Shown: piece by piece, positions 60,847-64,000 of the stretch | Position numbering within the stretch: the stretch's first letter is position 1 | Layout: every line of letters begins with the position of its first letter | NCBI GenBank assembly: GCA_009103225.1 | Contig: RHPI01001037.1 | Location: 1,030,916-1,094,915 of the forward strand | DNA: 64,000 bases | Direction: 5' to 3' | Origin: Chlorokybus atmophyticus | Taxonomy: Eukaryota > Plantae > Mesostigma and Chlorokybus algae | Notes under the pieces: generated by a model | What the model saw: the letters and a program-made list of their open reading frames with translations, nothing else | What the model was told of the DNA's origin: nothing | The model's database searches: none | Made by a program: the position numbers and the translations under genes

Positions 60847-63800
60847 ATGCTGGGACAGCAGGCGCAGCGGATCCGGCGCGTACCCGGCATGGTGAAGCGC
60901 TATGGCCAGCGCAGCCGCCAGCGCCGCAGGGAGAAGAGGGAGGAGGCGGCGGCAGCAGCCGCCGCTTCGGCGCCGGAGCAGGAGAGCTTCGCCGATAGCC
61001 CAGGTTGGCCTTTTCAATACACCGTTGTGCAGTGAAACTAGCTTGAGATAGACTAATTCAGCACAAGCCTCGTATGAATGTCGTGTATTTAGCCAATGCG
61101 TGGCACACCGTTGTAGCACAGGCGGCCTGAAGTTTGCATGTTGAGTCATAGCTATGCCAACTCGGTCTACGTCAGTCAGTTCAAGATTCGTGGGTTATCG
61201 CATGCTGAGTTCCATTCAATCAGTACAAGTTGGTCACTTGATTTGTGATACGTGGTTGTTTACTGGTCCAAACTGTGAAGCTGTGTACATGTCACTGGCC
61301 TCCTGTTTCGCAGACGCACTTGCTGTGTAATTGTGCTGTGCATGCAATTTAGAAAAGCTTGGAGGTACACAATCCCAGGCAATGGGTCAGTCACAGCATC
61401 ATAGTCACTGTGGTTCGCTACCAAACATACGGATTGTCATTTTTATTAGATAACAGCAAGTTGCATGCTTTGCCCCTTCCTCATATGTGTAGTCTTCCAA
61501 TGAAGAAAGTCAATCATGCAGTCGTGTGCAATCCAAACTCATCAAATGTCAAGCTTGTTCTACTTCAAAGGCAGAAAATTTGTCATCAATGTGAACACGT
61601 CCCAGGCGACAGTCAAGACAGCATGAAACCACTGCGTCATCGCCATAAGTATGACCCGAGGCGCTGGGCGATAAAACACTACACAGAGTCCGGGTCCGGA
61701 CCACCGGAAGGGTACCTGCTGATATGGGTGGGAATGTTTAAGCGCTGGCAGAAGCGCTTCTGCGTTGCAGACCGTCCAGGCGTGCTCATCTACTACAAGC
61801 ACAAGTCCAAGAAGGGCACCTGCTGGACCATTAACCTGCAGGTATGACCGCTTCCAGTGCCTGCGCTCCGTGTGGACAAGCGCACTCTGTGCTGGACATG
61901 CATTGGGTTCATCTTTGCAGGAGGCCACAGTGAGCGATTCCGATGCAAATGAGCGACAGTTTGTTATCAACAATGGCGCCACGACTTACTTTTTTAGGAG
62001 TTTCTCAAAAGAGCAAAGAGAAGTAAGTAAGCAGCTGCATAGGGTGCTTATGCGTTAGGTCCACATTTTTGACATGTGGATTCACAACTGTTTGTTTGCT
62101 GCTTTTGTGTAGCCTTGGATTGCGTGTCTTCGGGAGTCTATCAGGACCTTTGCAGACGTCATCGTGAAAGCGAAAGAGGTCAAAGCCAATGCACTGTGGC
62201 CGCGTCATGCAGACGGCACCCTGAGCGAGGTGGGTTCCATGATTCAATAAGATATCCCCCCCCCCCCCGGGGCATTGTACAAAAACAAATACAACAGATG
62301 GCTAGAACAAATGAACAAGGGGACAACTGGCCATATATTAGCTTATGACCGCAGACTGATGAGGAGGAAGAAGACTTTCAGAAAGAGCTGCAGGCACGCT
62401 GCGAGGCACACAAAAAGGTGTTCGAGCCAGACATGCGAGGTACCTAGCTGCAAGCAGGGATGGAAGATTTGCATGCACTCTTTTCGTTTATGCCTCAGTG
62501 TGGTGCGCCATCGACTTTGTTGTACAGCTTTTCTGGGGGAGATCAGGCGGCTGCAGCAATCGCTAGCAACAATGGTCGGGGCACTGGATATGGGAGAGGG
62601 CGCTGAGACGGAATTGCAAGAGCCGGTGTCCCCGGCAACGAGTGTGGGCGTAGAGTCGGGCACTCCTTCCCGTCCTTCTTCTCCTTTGCATCCTGCGTCA
62701 CCATTGGCATCTCCTAAGCAACCAATATCACCACTTGGGTCAGAAGCAAAGTCTGACAGTCAGCAGGTACTTGGCTCATCACTTGTTTGCATGCCGATAA
62801 CCACAGTTGTTTTGCCGGAAGGGTACGGATAACAACTACACACATACATGGGCGGAAGTGAGCACTGGCTGTATAGCCTTTGCAGTCCGTTGTAACTGCG
62901 AAGTGTGCGTGTTGTTCACCAAAGCGCAGCAAGCACACAGTTAGCGATATCCATACCATAAATTTACATACACGCGCATGCATTGGGTAACAATTTTACA
63001 GTATCAACGCATGGCAGATGTGTGCACCATGTGTGTTAAAAGCCCCAGGGCAGTCTGTACCTGCAAGCATGCATGTGCTGTTAGGTTTGGGTGCTGGTGT
63101 GTAGATGCTGACGCCTTTTTTCTTTCAGACCCCCAAGTTGGGAACTCCCATGCGAGCCACACCCCAGGGCGGCACGCCGAGCAAAGGAAAGTTCACATTG
63201 TTCTCGGTGCTGCGTGACAGCAATGACTCTCCTCGCACTGTGCAAAGCAAGCTCGCCGCTGCTGCGGTTGACGCAGTTGCAGAGCAGCCCTCACAGATGC
63301 ATACAGCAGAAAGCATGGGCTCCATCGCAGTCAGAAGGAAAGGCTGGTTGATGGATGCTTGGAAGCGTGTGCAGGAGGCTTATGATGATCAGATTCGCTC
63401 TGAGGTCCGGAGATGCTTGCTGGTTGAGACGGAGAACGCCGCGCTGCAGAAACGCATACGCTCACTGGAACAACAAAATGCAGCATTGCTGAGTTTGCAC
63501 CCCAACTCGCACGGAAGCACAAGGTCCATGCAACCGATCCCTACTGTGGAGGTGCCTCCAGCGGAAGATGAGGATGCCGACAGCAATGTCTCGAGCGACG
63601 AGGCTAGCAGCGAAGCCACCAACGGCTCAGAAGAGTATTTTGAAGCATTGGAAGCCCTGAACCAGTATGAGTACTATGTTAAAACCACCCCTGCTGACCG
63701 CCAGGTAGGAAAAACCGCTGCTGTGGCAGTATTGAAAAGCTGTTGGGTCAGTTTAGCTGACATGTTTTGTGTGCTCTCAGCTTGCAACAAGTGCATCGTC

Positions 63801-64000
63801 GTTGAGACTAATGGAGTTAGCTCCTAAAGATACAGAACCAGATTTAGCATCGGAGGAATCATCCGACGAGGGCGACGGAGTCAGGCAACCCCGCACCCGT
63901 TTGCCTGCCCCTCGCCCTTTGAATCGAGGGTTCAAGCTCTGGAGCATCCTGAAGAACATGATCGGGAAGGATCTTAACGCCATCACTCTGCCCGCCACTA
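60847..64000 (+). CDS. PH-domain oxysterol-binding-protein-related protein (ORP), truncated by the window end
   Basis: PH domain EGYLLIWVGMFKRWQKRFCV...GVLIYYK; coiled coil; FFAT-like EEYFEALE; start of the OSBP domain PRTRLPAP...KLWSILKNMIGKDLNAITLPA. Start codon uncertain. Confidence 0.88.

Overview
Intron-rich eukaryotic genomic DNA. The plant-type genes (two-domain WRKY, S1FA, a KDM3/JMJ25-type JmjC relic, a protein with a plastid-like leader) point to a green-lineage organism, probably a streptophyte alga; this is inference. The window has two parts. About 1-27 kb is a decayed mobile-element block. It holds nested MITE-like repeats, a Helitron RepHel pseudogene followed by a GIY-YIG nuclease relic, a spliced JmjC histone-demethylase pseudogene, and a complete 5.3-kb PIF/Harbinger element with TIRs, a TGA target duplication, a transposase and a Myb/SANT partner. 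About 27.9-64 kb is gene-dense: group I WRKY, SEC62, a DDX55/RH18-type DEAD-box helicase, VMA21, RPN11, an EI24-family membrane protein, S1FA, a very large redox fusion gene, a small acidic protein, and the 5' part of a PH-domain oxysterol-binding protein. The most striking item is the ~10-kb gene at 47593-57555. It splices into signal peptide, DUOX-like heme peroxidase, 2 x DOMON, cytochrome b561, a disordered linker, cytochrome b5 and an NADH:cytochrome b5 reductase module. That is a possible single-chain electron wire from cytosolic NAD(P)H to an extracellular peroxidase domain. All family calls come from motif recognition by eye; no database searches were run, and exon boundaries are manual.
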